A stretch of 64,000 nucleotides of DNA. It comes from Porphyridium purpureum (Eukaryota). Shown piece after piece: positions 32,955 to 43,726 of this stretch; within the stretch, counting starts at the first letter, position 1; the number at the start of each line of letters is the position of its first letter. The stretch covers positions 3,286,001-3,350,000 of the forward strand of contig VRMN01000001.1 of the NCBI GenBank assembly GCA_008690995.1. The letters run 5' to 3'. The notes below the pieces were generated by a model, which was not told the origin of the DNA, searched no databases, and saw only the letters and a list, made by a program, of their open reading frames with translations. The translations under genes were made by a program, and so were the position numbers.

Positions 32955-33725
32955 ATGCTGAGCTTTGTCGCAAGGATACGTAGACAGTTGCGGAGAATGG
33001 AATCTACGGGAAAGCGCACCGCGCGCTCCGCACGGGAAAGTGTAAAGAGCCCGCTGAAACGAGGCTCGGCGTCCAGAGTGAATGAGACATCCCGTGCGAA
33101 ACGGCCAAGACAAGCATTCGCAAACCCAAGTACGGAAGGAGTGCCTGGACATACACTACGTGATGCCAATGGCGGCATTGTCTTTGATGATGTTCCTGAA
33201 TTTCGGCCGCGACTGACACCTGAGCAAATGATCCGAAGGGGTGTGTTCGGTGGCTGTTATTTCCACCCTCGAGGTGGCAAGCCAGGTATTCTGTACCGTG
33301 GAGCACAAGGAATTCCAGGAGTCACTCATGAAGAGTTCCCGGCGGAATGGTTTCAAGGACTCAATCCCAACATGTACCGCAATCGCAGGTATGACAGCGC
33401 GCTAAATAAGTACGGCGTGAGCTCCGGACAGGACCAGGCTGAATGGGAGCGTAAAGGCTGGATTAGACCGCAAGATCCTCGCGGATGGTTTCAGTGGTAC
33501 TGCCGCTTTTTCCTTGGTCGGCGCTCGGAGGACGACGACCGACAAATAAGCCGCTGGAAGGGCGTGGCAGGGCCCAAGGGTAGGTGGAAGCGCGCACTTT
33601 TGAACAAGATCACGAGAGCCGGAGTACAGCACGATAATGAATCCGTGAGTCCGGTGATCAGACAGACTCTGCTGCACTGGGCGTTCGAGGTTTCAGAAAA
33701 GGACCTTCAGAGACATAAACTCTGA
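32955..33725 (+). CDS. Conserved uncharacterised protein (family with the motif G.FGG.Y...NKYGV...DP.GWFQWYCRF..GRR..DD.RQI.RW)
   Basis: Recognisable conserved block FRPRLTPEQM, GVFGGCYF, DPRGWFQWYCRFFLGRRSEDDDRQISRW, RQTLLHWA; function unknown to me. Confidence 0.8.
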   Translation: MLSFVARIRRQLRRMESTGKRTARSARESVKSPLKRGSASRVNETSRAKRPRQAFANPSTEGVPGHTLRDANGGIVFDDVPEFRPRLTPEQMIRRGVFGGCYFHPRGGKPGILYRGAQGIPGVTHEEFPAEWFQGLNPNMYRNRRYDSALNKYGVSSGQDQAEWERKGWIRPQDPRGWFQWYCRFFLGRRSEDDDRQISRWKGVAGPKGRWKRALLNKITRAGVQHDNESVSPVIRQTLLHWAFEVSEKDLQRHKL

Positions 33726-34245
33726 CGGCTGTCGCCACTATACACCGTTTTGCGACATCCGCACGAAGGCCACTCAACGCACCCTACCAGCGCTACACGA
33801 AACCGGGTTTAATCCGTACCGTCTGCAGATACGCATTAAACCTGTCGAAGGGAAAGCTGCGCGCGTGGCTTCAACTTTCGCGCTGGGTCACGTTTTAGAC
33901 TGCTCGTAAACAATGACAATGGCGCAGTCCATCGTGCAAACAAGATTGCCACTTTTCGGGTTGGCGAACTCTCACAGTGTCGTACGCACGAGAGGGTGAT
34001 TCTTCCGAGAGCCGCCAAGCACGTTCCTGCTCGAGATACAAGCTGCATGACTGACAGTCGAATGTTTTGTTTCGCAGTACCATGGTAAAAGAACGGGAGA
34101 CGCTCTCGGGCGCCAATACATTTCCATTTGTTTGCGGAGCGTGAGGGGAAGAGTATTGGCACGTGTGTTTGAAGTAGGCGGCGGCGCGGGAGAACTCAAA
34201 CACACTTTCGCGAAAGGGGCTATCGTTGCCCTGGCGGTGGATGCA

Positions 34246-35830
34246 ATGCAGCGATTTACCATCTACGAGGATGTTTTCATTCGGGTGTGCTGGACCGATT
34301 ACAGTGGGCTGCAGCGTGCGCGCGTCGTGTCGGCGCGCCAACTGCTTCAGTCGATGCCCGCACGAGCGACGATCATGAATAATGGCATTCGCTTGTACGA
34401 GCAGAAAGACTATGACGCTGTCGATGGACTTTCCTCGGTCGGAAAATACGGAATCGGTATCACAGAAGCCTGCCTGGTGCTCATGCCGACCGCCGATTGC
34501 TTCCCCAAGAATTGTGCGCTGGGATCGACGCGAGAGGTGCGCATTTTCCCGGACTGGAAAAAGCTCAAGGCTTTCGAACTCAACGTGCCGCTTCCCTTCC
34601 TGGGCCAGTCGAAGGAGCAGAGCTTCTGCTATGTCCCCTCGTTTCTCAGGCAGAATGATGGCTCGGACTGGCCTTTTTGCCCCCGCACGATCCTGCACAA
34701 AACATTGAACAAGTTCCGCGAACAGACCGGTGGCCTCGAGGTCATGATAGGCATGGAGTATGAGTTCGTGCTGGTCGACGCGCAAACCAAGGCGCCCATT
34801 GCGGGCGATCAGACATACAGCAGCCTACTCAAGTATGATCGCATAGCGCCTTTTCTGGAACGCCTCGAGCGCGTGCTGCACAGTGTGGGCGTGCACACCG
34901 AGCAAATCCATGGCGAGTCGGCGCCCGGCCAGTTTGAACTTCCCGTAAGATTTAAGGCAGCTTCAGACACGGCCGATGATGTTGGGCTCGTGCGGCAGAT
35001 CATTCATGTCCTTGCACAGTTGTACGGCATGGAAGCAAGTTTCTGTCCAAAGCTGAAATCGTCCGCGCCTGGCTCGGGCTTTCATTGCCACTTTAGTCTT
35101 TGGAGAGAGGAAGGCGCGCCGGTGCAGGCAGAATCGGCAGATTCGGGCACCGCCTGCGACAGACACTACCCTGGCGAGTTCCAAAGCAAACGTGTTTATG
35201 ACGGCTGCTGAAGGCGAGCACCTGGCTCGATCCGAGCTGACTGAAATTGGGGCCGCATTTTTAGCTGGCATTTTCCACCGACTGCCTGAAATTATGCTGA
35301 TCACATCCGCATCTCCGCTCAGTTTCCAGCGTGTGCAGCCAGGCACCTGGACTGGTGCGTACATGGTTTGGGGGTATGAGAACCGCGAGTGCCCACTGAG
35401 AGTTCTGCGGCTCGGTCAGAATTTTGAACTGAAGGTCATGGATTCAAGTGCAAATACACACCTTGCCTTCGCGGCGATCGTTGCGGCCGGCCTCCAGGGC
35501 ATTCTGAATCGTGAAGTTCTGCCTGAAGCCACGGACGGAGACCCGCATCAGATTTACATCAGTCAAGTCAAGGCCCAGAAGGCATCGAAAGGAGCCAGTG
35601 GCGAGCCTTCAGAACCTCCACCAGTCCTGGTCAAGCGACTGCCCCAAACGCTCGACGAGCTGCTCGCCGGGGCCGGTGGCTTTCCGTGTTTGTCCCAGGC
35701 ATTTGGACAAGAAGTTGTGGATACAATTGTGGCCACGCGCACAATGGAGAACCAAATGGCCAGAGAGTCTGTCATGAAGCACAGCTCGGACTGGGAATCG
35801 CTTTTCGACGCCTATCGTTTCCGCTACTGA
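34246..35830 (+). CDS. Glutamine synthetase type I-like (FluG/NodGS-type gamma-glutamyl ligase), frameshifted between ~35105 and 35190
   Basis: Frame 1: RVCWTDYSG, CPRTIL, GMEYEF, HGESAPGQFE, GSGFHCHFSLW. Frame 2: ANVF, FLAGI, SFQRVQPGTW, WGYENRECPLR, FELKVMDSSAN. Confidence 0.8.
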
Positions 35831-36765
35831 AAAGAATCTACCGTCCGAGAATCGGAGCGAAACACAATCGTGGAAAAAAAAAACACCTGTATAGCTACGC
35901 TGTCGGCGAATCTTTGAAACATAAATGCAATGTTCGTTGAACCTGGAGCCGAAGAAACAGGCGAGCGACGACCTCCAGCACTTCTGAAAGCCATGGCGTC
36001 CGCACACCATATTCCGGCTCGGTCATCTCCATGCATACCGCCACTTCGGAGCTCATCAGAGGACGCATGTCCATGTCAATCGCGTCGAACGAACCGGGAG
36101 ATGATTCGGCTGGCGCGCCTCAGAAACCGTTCCTGGCTCGCTTTTTCGCTGGCCCAACGATTTGGACGTTTCCGAGACAAGCCGCTTCACCCTTTTGGAA
36201 ACAGCGGAAGGTCAGTTCCTGATCTCTCAGTACCGATCGTCAGGAACATTGTCTCCACTAGCAGATCGCACTGGTTCCCAAGATGCTCGCTCCGTTCTTC
36301 ACGTCGTAATGGATCCTCGACTTCAAGGAAAAGGGAGATTCCACCATTGACGTATGGGACGAAGATAACTTGGTCTCTCATTTCCCAGCTGGCTTGCACG
36401 CTCCCGTCACAAAAATCCGGGGCTCACACTTCGTGTGCCTCGTCGAGTTCGAATTTGGTGCGCGTCAGTCTGGCACTTGATCAGCCAAACTGATCGTGTG
36501 ACTCGACCGCCGGCGGTCGCGACCTCACCTGACCCGTTTCGGCCGGCTTCGCTTTGTACAGTTTCGCGCTGGGAGCCGCAGCATTTCAGTTTGACCTTGT
36601 CTCTCGCCGTCGAGACTGCGCCAACGCTTGGGCGGCCGATCAGACGCTCCTTTTCGTTGAAGATTGAGGCCAGGACAGAGAGCCTCATGTGTGCGTCGGG
36701 GACGTTGAGGCGGTGTCGAGTAGACTCAGGTAGCCAACCGGCTCCTGGTGGTGGAGGCCAAGGCA

Positions 36766-39700
36766 ATGAATAAGCGGAGGCGTAGTCCGGGTCCCACAGT
36801 TTGGACAGTGGAAACTGGCGGTGTTCGAGTGTACCGGACGTGGCGGTATCGCGTCAGACGCAGCGCGTCTACCCAGAGGAGTTGCGTTGATCTCAGTTCG
36901 CAAGCATGCGCGGGAGTCAACGCTGCCCCAAAGCTGCGAGACGCTGTGTGCCAAACAGAGCCACATCGTGAAACAGAATTCAAGTCGCGCCCGGTGTGTG
37001 CGACCTGTGAGACACTCTGTGTGATGTGTCTTGCGAATGAGCGCTCGGTCGCGGCAGCATCGAGCGTAGCGGCATCTCGTGGACCTGTGAACGGTTCGGC
37101 CACGGGAGTTGCACGTGCTGGAGCCGGGGCTGCAGGAAAGAAAGTGAAGCAACCGACCTTGAGGAAGCCCGCCTCAGACGAGAATCATGACGAAGTCGTT
37201 TCTGCAACCCAGACGTCGACCGAAATAGAGGCCAAAGCACAGAGCGAGAGCTTCATGTTCAACTTTCCAGACACGCAACCTCCGTCTTCCTTGTCTTTGC
37301 GAGAGGGGACTCAGACAAAGAAGCCCAAAAACTCTGTTACACCAGGTGAAGCAGGCGAGCCATTGACACGCATCGAGTTCTCAGGCAAAGGGAAGACGAG
37401 TAAGAGGAAGACAGCGAAGATGCAAGAAAAGAAGAACACGCCTTCATCACCCGTGAGGTCGGATGCAGAAGTTCTGGAACGCACGGCCTCTGATGGTGAC
37501 ATTATGGGTTCAGAAATAGCAAGCATCACAGCAAATGTGGAATCGCTTGCGCTGGAGGAAGTAGAACTAGTGCAGGCAGAGCCTGCTTTATCGAAACGAT
37601 CCGGGAAGGGTCGCAAGAAGCGCGAGCCTGTGCAACTTGAGAGCAGGAAGGTCCAGGCGCCGGTGAAGCAGTCCGACGAACAACGAAAGGTCCAAAATGA
37701 AATCACAAATACCGCAGCCTCGAAAATCGAAACAACGCTTGCGAAAGTCATGAAAAGCAGGTATCGTGCTTACTGGAGCATTACCGAGGTGGACGACCAC
37801 GTAGCACAGAAGAAACTTGTCACCGGCCCCATTCGAATTTTTGGGAGGGTCGGATTTGTCACCGATGCAGAGTCTGGTCGTGATATACGCTTGAACGGAT
37901 GGCAAGCGATGAATCGAGCATTTGATGGCGATGTTGTGGCGGTATTAATTTGCTCCTCAGCAGACGCACCACAGTCGGGTCCTGAGGTCGACGAAGACGA
38001 TTTGGATGAGGATTTAGCGGAATCTTTAGAACAGGTGCACACAGAATCCAACGGGTCTTTTGATGCAGGTGATACTTTGCAGGTGCGCTCGTTGGACAAA
38101 GTTCCTCGCGCACGGCTTTCCGGTAAAGTGGTACGTATCTTACGCGCTGTTGGCCGGCGGCTAGCTATCGGCTCGCTTCGTTCGCGTCAAAACGATGACA
38201 AGAAGCTGCAGGAGGATGACTCCATACTATTCTATCCTATTGAAGCAAGTATGCCGATTGGAGTTGTGCCGATACGATCACTTCCTAAGCAACTTCGACA
38301 GGCACTGCAGAAAAGTGGGCTCGCTGTGCTTTCAAGTCGTTTATTTGCTTGCGTGTACACGAATTGGCGCGAGACGTCGCTACACCCTATCGCAAGATTC
38401 ATGGATGATATGGGACAGGCGGGTGATATACGGACGGAGACACGTGCCATTCTGTTGCGCAATCAGATCGTTGCCCAGCCGTATGATGAGTCCAAGTACG
38501 CGGCAGACCTACCTACTAGTGAAGCTGAGTGGCACATTCCGGAAGATGAAATAAGCCGGCGGCGCGATCTTCGGGGAATCCGAATTTTCTCAATCGACCC
38601 AAAAACTGCGCGTGATTTGGACGACGCCCTCTCAATTGCTCGCTTGCCCAGCGGCCTTTTTGAAGTTGGTATTCATATTGCGGACGTGTCGTACTTTGTG
38701 AAGCCAAATTCACAATTGGACAAGGACGCGGCATTGCGCTCCACCTCGGTCTACCTCGTGCACACAGTTATTCCAATGTTGCCGCGCGTGCTTTGCCAGG
38801 AGCTTTGTAGCCTGAACCCTGCCAAGGACCGCCTGTGTTTCTCTGTCCTTTTGCAAATGGATGCAGAGGGGCGCATTCAGAGTTCATGGTTTGGCCGCAC
38901 TGTGATCCGGTCTTGCGTAAAGCTTGCGTATGAGGAAGCGCAGGACCTGATCGATGGAAAGGTTGACCTGGAATGGGCAGCCGGCGTTTCGATTGACGCT
39001 CCGCACACTCTCAGCGCCATTTCTGAAGACGTGCGTGCACTGAATGAGATTGCAAGGCACATGCGACGCCGCCGCTTTGAGGATGGAAGCGTGTCGTTGC
39101 ATAGTACGGAGCTCAACTTTGCTGTCGATCGGCAAACAGGTCTGCCAACAGGCTTTAAAACATACGTTCGTCGTGAGAGCAACGAGCTCGTCGAAGAGTT
39201 CATGTTGTGCGCGAATCGTGCTGTCGCTACGTTCATCAGCAAGGCGCTGTCAAAGTACGCAATACTTCGACGTCATGAACCACCAAAGCTCGATCTTTTG
39301 GACGAGTTTCACGAGTGGTGTAGGGAGTATCTACAGATTGGCGTTGATCTAGATTCCAGCCTGCACGTACAGCAGTCGCTTGCTATGCTCGAGTGTACTC
39401 TTGCTGAGCGAGACATGGCGCACGTCTTCCAGATCGCTCAGCTTCTGCTCACGAAGCCGATGCAGAATGCACGTTACTTCTGCACGGGTGATCTGAACAA
39501 TCCGGCCTTGTGGGGTCACTATGCTCTTGCCTTTGATCGTTATACACATTTCACGTCGCCGATTCGCAGGTACCCTGACTTAATCGTTCATCGCTTGCTA
39601 CAAATCGCGATCGAGATGCACGGGCCGACTGGTCATGTGGATCCGGCCAAAGCTGCTGGATTCAATCTCGACCTGAAAAAGGTCAAAGGTATCGTTGCGA

Positions 39701-40347
39701 ATGGAAATGTTTCCGCAACAGCAGCAGAATGTACGATGAAAAGCCTATCAGCCAAGAAAGCGGAGGAAGAGTGCAAGGAAGTCTTTCTTGGGATCTTGTT
39801 GGACATCACACCACGAATCATGGTTGGGATCGTCATGGGAATTCAGAAACAGGCGTTCACGCTGTTCGTTCCCGCGCTTGGTCGCCAGAAGACATTGCGC
39901 GAGGAAGACCTGAAAAAGTTCGGGGTCTCATGCACAACCTCACTGAACAAAAGCAGCTCTCAAAAGTCCGTGGAACTGGCATTGCGGGAACGGAATGCTG
40001 CCGTCTGCACATGGGACATTCGCTCAACAGATGCGAAACGGATGCGGGAAGAGTTGCAACAGAGAGTAGAAACGGTTGAGATCGGACGAGGCCGTGAAAG
40101 CGATGACGGCATATCGGCGTCGATTCCATCCGGCACATCGAATGCGGCTCGGCTTTATGTGGTCTGCTGCAAGGAGGAGGAAATTCAAGATGTCAGTGCC
40201 TGTGACCCGCCGGTCGTCGATGCACGGTCGACTTTTGTCCTCCAGATGTTCCAAAAGGTGCTGGTTCTTGGAAGCGGTCAAAGAACTCCGCATGTGGCCG
40301 TGAATATCGCGCTGCTACTCAACACGGGGGTACTTGGATTTCCTTGA
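36766..40347 (+). CDS. DIS3L2: DIS3-like exonuclease 2 (RNase II/RNB family)
   Basis: NRAFDGDVVAV, RRDLR, SIDPKTARDLDDALS, HIADVS, LVEEFMLCAN and YTHFTSPIRRYPD; no PIN domain; start codon uncertain. Confidence 0.88.
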   Translation: MNKRRRSPGPTVWTVETGGVRVYRTWRYRVRRSASTQRSCVDLSSQACAGVNAAPKLRDAVCQTEPHRETEFKSRPVCATCETLCVMCLANERSVAAASSVAASRGPVNGSATGVARAGAGAAGKKVKQPTLRKPASDENHDEVVSATQTSTEIEAKAQSESFMFNFPDTQPPSSLSLREGTQTKKPKNSVTPGEAGEPLTRIEFSGKGKTSKRKTAKMQEKKNTPSSPVRSDAEVLERTASDGDIMGSEIASITANVESLALEEVELVQAEPALSKRSGKGRKKREPVQLESRKVQAPVKQSDEQRKVQNEITNTAASKIETTLAKVMKSRYRAYWSITEVDDHVAQKKLVTGPIRIFGRVGFVTDAESGRDIRLNGWQAMNRAFDGDVVAVLICSSADAPQSGPEVDEDDLDEDLAESLEQVHTESNGSFDAGDTLQVRSLDKVPRARLSGKVVRILRAVGRRLAIGSLRSRQNDDKKLQEDDSILFYPIEASMPIGVVPIRSLPKQLRQALQKSGLAVLSSRLFACVYTNWRETSLHPIARFMDDMGQAGDIRTETRAILLRNQIVAQPYDESKYAADLPTSEAEWHIPEDEISRRRDLRGIRIFSIDPKTARDLDDALSIARLPSGLFEVGIHIADVSYFVKPNSQLDKDAALRSTSVYLVHTVIPMLPRVLCQELCSLNPAKDRLCFSVLLQMDAEGRIQSSWFGRTVIRSCVKLAYEEAQDLIDGKVDLEWAAGVSIDAPHTLSAISEDVRALNEIARHMRRRRFEDGSVSLHSTELNFAVDRQTGLPTGFKTYVRRESNELVEEFMLCANRAVATFISKALSKYAILRRHEPPKLDLLDEFHEWCREYLQIGVDLDSSLHVQQSLAMLECTLAERDMAHVFQIAQLLLTKPMQNARYFCTGDLNNPALWGHYALAFDRYTHFTSPIRRYPDLIVHRLLQIAIEMHGPTGHVDPAKAAGFNLDLKKVKGIVANGNVSATAAECTMKSLSAKKAEEECKEVFLGILLDITPRIMVGIVMGIQKQAFTLFVPALGRQKTLREEDLKKFGVSCTTSLNKSSSQKSVELALRERNAAVCTWDIRSTDAKRMREELQQRVETVEIGRGRESDDGISASIPSGTSNAARLYVVCCKEEEIQDVSACDPPVVDARSTFVLQMFQKVLVLGSGQRTPHVAVNIALLLNTGVLGFP

Positions 40348-40509
40348 TGCAAGAGCACGGGTGACCAGCAATTCCTCGCGAGTCGTGCATGTGGCGTGAA
40401 CTTGTATTTGGGAATTTGTACGCGTATCAGCGGTCACAAAACTATCCGGTTTTTCTCAGCAAACGTCTTCCCAAGACACTTTACCCGATCAAACTGATGC
40501 TCCGTAAAG

Positions 40510-42033
40510 CTAGGTAAAATCGTCGCGAGCAACCTTGAGCTCCTGCATACGTCGCCATGTGCACTCGTACATACTCTGCGACTCCTGTATGGATATATCC
40601 TGAACAATTTCCGGGCAGAACACTTGCGGCTGGTCGTTGTTGCAGGCAGACAGCGCGATGAACTCGTGTGGAAATTCGCGCTGCAGCATGCTTATCTGAA
40701 TGTCCATGGGCGCACGATAATCATCAAAATGGTCCACGAGCCACTTGATACCCTGGCTGCTCAGCGCATAAATGCCAGCTCCGTAGCTTGGCTTTGCGCG
40801 AACGACGGGGTGAAGATGGTTAGGACTCCAAGCCTCCTCAGAGCCCTCCCAAAAGGTTTCATTTTTTGCGGCCCAGTCTTCTTGCAAAATCTTCCTCCGG
40901 AAAAAAATAAAGTGCCAGGGCTGTGAACCGGCTATACTTTCTTGGTCCACCCAATTGAAGAGATTCGCCATGCCGTTCAAAAAGCGCTCCTTGGGGAACA
41001 AGGTATCGTCCAGCACCAAAATGCGCTGCCGATTCCTGAGTTTCGCCCGTTTCCAGATTTCCTTGTGGCTCAGCGTGTAGCCAATTTGGCGCTTCAAAAG
41101 CGATACTTGCACTTTGGATAGCCCCGCAATGCCACCGACATTCTCAGGCAAGTTGAGCTTGATCGGCGGATTATTGAGGTCAATGTCCCGTGCCGGAGTG
41201 GCGAGCACCTTTGTATACCTAAGCTTGTATGCCTTTGCCCTTGTCTCGAATTCCTGTAGCTGTCTCTGACACCGATCGTTGGTGATGACAAAGATCTCAT
41301 CGAACGTGTCTGCCGCGGTTTCCGTCGGGTACCTGTCGCGAAATGTTGCAGACTTTACATATGCATAGCCAGGAGGGTAGAACTTGGCGGTACCTGCGGG
41401 ACCTGAGCTTGTGCTCCACTGCAAGTCGCCGCGAGCAACTTGCAGCACAATATCAAGCGGATACTGCACCGAATGCACTTGGTCCAACCAGCGCAGCTGC
41501 GCGTCATCACTGCCGCGAGCCCCACTCGACGATGGCAAAGACAGTTCATGCCGTGTCCAGACATAGTCGCGCAGGGTCCACACCAGGAGCAGTGTCATCA
41601 AGAGCGCATAATTAAGCTGCCGCCACCGATTTTCAGAGTGCAGTGCCGCAACTCGCGAGCGGCGCGTGGACGCCTTTCCTGGTTGGTTATTTGCGCCTCT
41701 CGGCGAAAGACCTCGTGATGCCCTGCTTGGTAGGGTGTGTGCGTCTCGGGAGTGACCCAAACCGCTATTAGTACCACCAGTGCCATGACTCACAGAAGGC
41801 AATGGTAGCATGCCACTGCTTGCCCACTCTCGCCCGCCTCGCTTCGACGAAGCGCCGCCCATTCTTGCTACCGATCCGACAGAAATAAATACCTCGTCGC
41901 CGGACGTTCCAGCTGCGCTGCTGAGGGGCAGCGCAGATGCATCCTCATCAGCCGAACCGAGCGGCGTGTCGCCTACCTTCCCGTTCCCCGGAGCTTTACT
42001 CCTCCGCAGCAGTTTGACCATCGCTCGTCGCAT
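40510..42033 (-). CDS. Type II membrane glycosyltransferase, GT25-like
   Basis: TM anchor; FDEIFVI, IGYTLSHKEIW, ILVLDD, YALSSQGIKWL and PMD blocks resemble GT25. Confidence 0.65.
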   Translation of the reverse strand: MRRAMVKLLRRSKAPGNGKVGDTPLGSADEDASALPLSSAAGTSGDEVFISVGSVARMGGASSKRGGREWASSGMLPLPSVSHGTGGTNSGLGHSRDAHTLPSRASRGLSPRGANNQPGKASTRRSRVAALHSENRWRQLNYALLMTLLLVWTLRDYVWTRHELSLPSSSGARGSDDAQLRWLDQVHSVQYPLDIVLQVARGDLQWSTSSGPAGTAKFYPPGYAYVKSATFRDRYPTETAADTFDEIFVITNDRCQRQLQEFETRAKAYKLRYTKVLATPARDIDLNNPPIKLNLPENVGGIAGLSKVQVSLLKRQIGYTLSHKEIWKRAKLRNRQRILVLDDTLFPKERFLNGMANLFNWVDQESIAGSQPWHFIFFRRKILQEDWAAKNETFWEGSEEAWSPNHLHPVVRAKPSYGAGIYALSSQGIKWLVDHFDDYRAPMDIQISMLQREFPHEFIALSACNNDQPQVFCPEIVQDISIQESQSMYECTWRRMQELKVARDDFT

Positions 42034-42096
42034 CGCTTGTGACCGTCAAGCACTTCCAAAACGCTCGCCAATGAACAAGTGCCGCGAGTCTGGAGG

Positions 42097-43449
42097 ATGC
42101 GGCTTGGTCTTGTGTGTGTCTTGCTGCGTTCGAGGAAGTGTAGGCCAGCGAGACCGACATCACCGCGGATTTCCCGAAAGACGCGTTTTCTCTGGACGCG
42201 GTCGGCTCAGATGGAGGGCAGAATGAGTGGCGTCCCGACAGGACATGAAAGAGACGGGCATGTGAATCAAGTGAACGTCATATTCCGTGACGATGATTTG
42301 CAGCGCAGCATTCTTGGGCAGGAGTCGGTAAACCAAGAGAATGAATCTACGGCTCCCATCGCCGAAAGAGTGAGCGACCTATTCATGGCTTTGACAGAGG
42401 CGCTAGATCCCGCGCACGTGCGTGTGTGGCAGAACCAGGAGCTCGTGCCAACCGCAGAAGCTGTGGCAACCTTTGCTTCTCCAGTCATGACTTTCGATCG
42501 TGAGATATACTTCGATGCGTACCAACTCGAGGCAGATCGGCACAGCGCTGCGATGAACGCGGGCCCTAGAGTAATCGGGGGGTCGGTAGTCCACATGAAA
42601 GTATGCGGATCGACACAGGATTTGCTCAAGACGCTGGCTGCCAAGCAGTGCGTGCCTTACGGATGTGCTTTTTTGTGCGACTCACAGACAAGCGGTCGCG
42701 GTCGAGGCGCCAACTTGTGGCAGTCGCCGCATGGATGTTTGACCGTGAGTGTTTTGGCGCATGTTCCGCGTGTCCGGGCACAAAGCTTACCCATGGTGCA
42801 GTACGTGGCGGGGATCGCTGTCGTCAACGCGTTGCGCCAAGTGTGCCGCGACAGATTTCCCAGCACTAGCGCGCTGCCCCGCTTTTCGTTGAAATGGCCA
42901 AATGATGTGCTGTGCGGGAATATCAAGATTGGTGGAATTCTAACCGAGGCGACAAGCAGCCCTGCTGGTGGCTTTGACGTGTTTCTGGGACTCGGCTTGA
43001 ATTTGTCAAATCATGAACCTACGACTTGCGTCTACGACGAACTACGGAGAATCACACAGGAGGAAAAGTTAGCAGAGGCGAGTCTCGCATTGCCGCCGCG
43101 CGAAGAGGTTCTTGGCGTCATTTTGGCGCAGCTTGACACGCTGCATGCCCGGATGGTGCGCGACGGCTTTGGCAGCCTGGTCGACGATTACATGTCCCTC
43201 GCGCGCCTGAGAGACCTCCGAGTCACCGTGATGGGCGAGGCTAACGTCAGTGCGCTCACCACCTCATCAGATTCGGTCGTGTGCGGCACTATTACTGGCG
43301 TTGACTTGGATTCTGGATGTCTCCTCGTGAGCATCGAACGGCAGAACGGCGACGGCTGCGAGTCTGATTATGTAATCAAGCTGCCACCGGACATTAACTC
43401 TTTCAACCAAGAGACGGCGACGGTGCACATAAAAGGGACCGGATGTTAA
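42097..43449 (+). CDS. Biotin-protein ligase (holocarboxylase synthetase)
   Basis: GSTQD, QTSGRGRGANLWQSP, KWPND, KIGGILTE and GLGLN; alternative ATGs at 42211 and 42223. Confidence 0.9.
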   Translation: MRLGLVCVLLRSRKCRPARPTSPRISRKTRFLWTRSAQMEGRMSGVPTGHERDGHVNQVNVIFRDDDLQRSILGQESVNQENESTAPIAERVSDLFMALTEALDPAHVRVWQNQELVPTAEAVATFASPVMTFDREIYFDAYQLEADRHSAAMNAGPRVIGGSVVHMKVCGSTQDLLKTLAAKQCVPYGCAFLCDSQTSGRGRGANLWQSPHGCLTVSVLAHVPRVRAQSLPMVQYVAGIAVVNALRQVCRDRFPSTSALPRFSLKWPNDVLCGNIKIGGILTEATSSPAGGFDVFLGLGLNLSNHEPTTCVYDELRRITQEEKLAEASLALPPREEVLGVILAQLDTLHARMVRDGFGSLVDDYMSLARLRDLRVTVMGEANVSALTTSSDSVVCGTITGVDLDSGCLLVSIERQNGDGCESDYVIKLPPDINSFNQETATVHIKGTGC

Positions 43450-43726
43450 GGTGATATCTACGGACTCGGGGACAACAACAGAAACCACTACCACGTATAT
43501 TATTTATGCTCACATGATCGAAAACAATTTTACTTTATATCTGCCCAAGAGAGAAAAATGCTCTGCACCAAACTAGCGCGCCGTCTGTCGGCTGGATTAC
43601 TTTCTGTCCTTCTTTCCTTTTCCCTCCTTCCCTCCCTTGCCTTTAAAAAGTGACCGTGTGAATCGCAAACTGATACAGAGGAGGCCCGGGCAGCACGATT
43701 TCATGTTCAACCTGTTTAGGAACCTC

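Noticed and set aside
21643..40347. RNA-decay cluster (PARN-NTase fusion, R3H protein, DIS3L2)
   Set aside because: Thematically suggestive, but interspersed with unrelated genes on both strands; no evidence of co-regulation.
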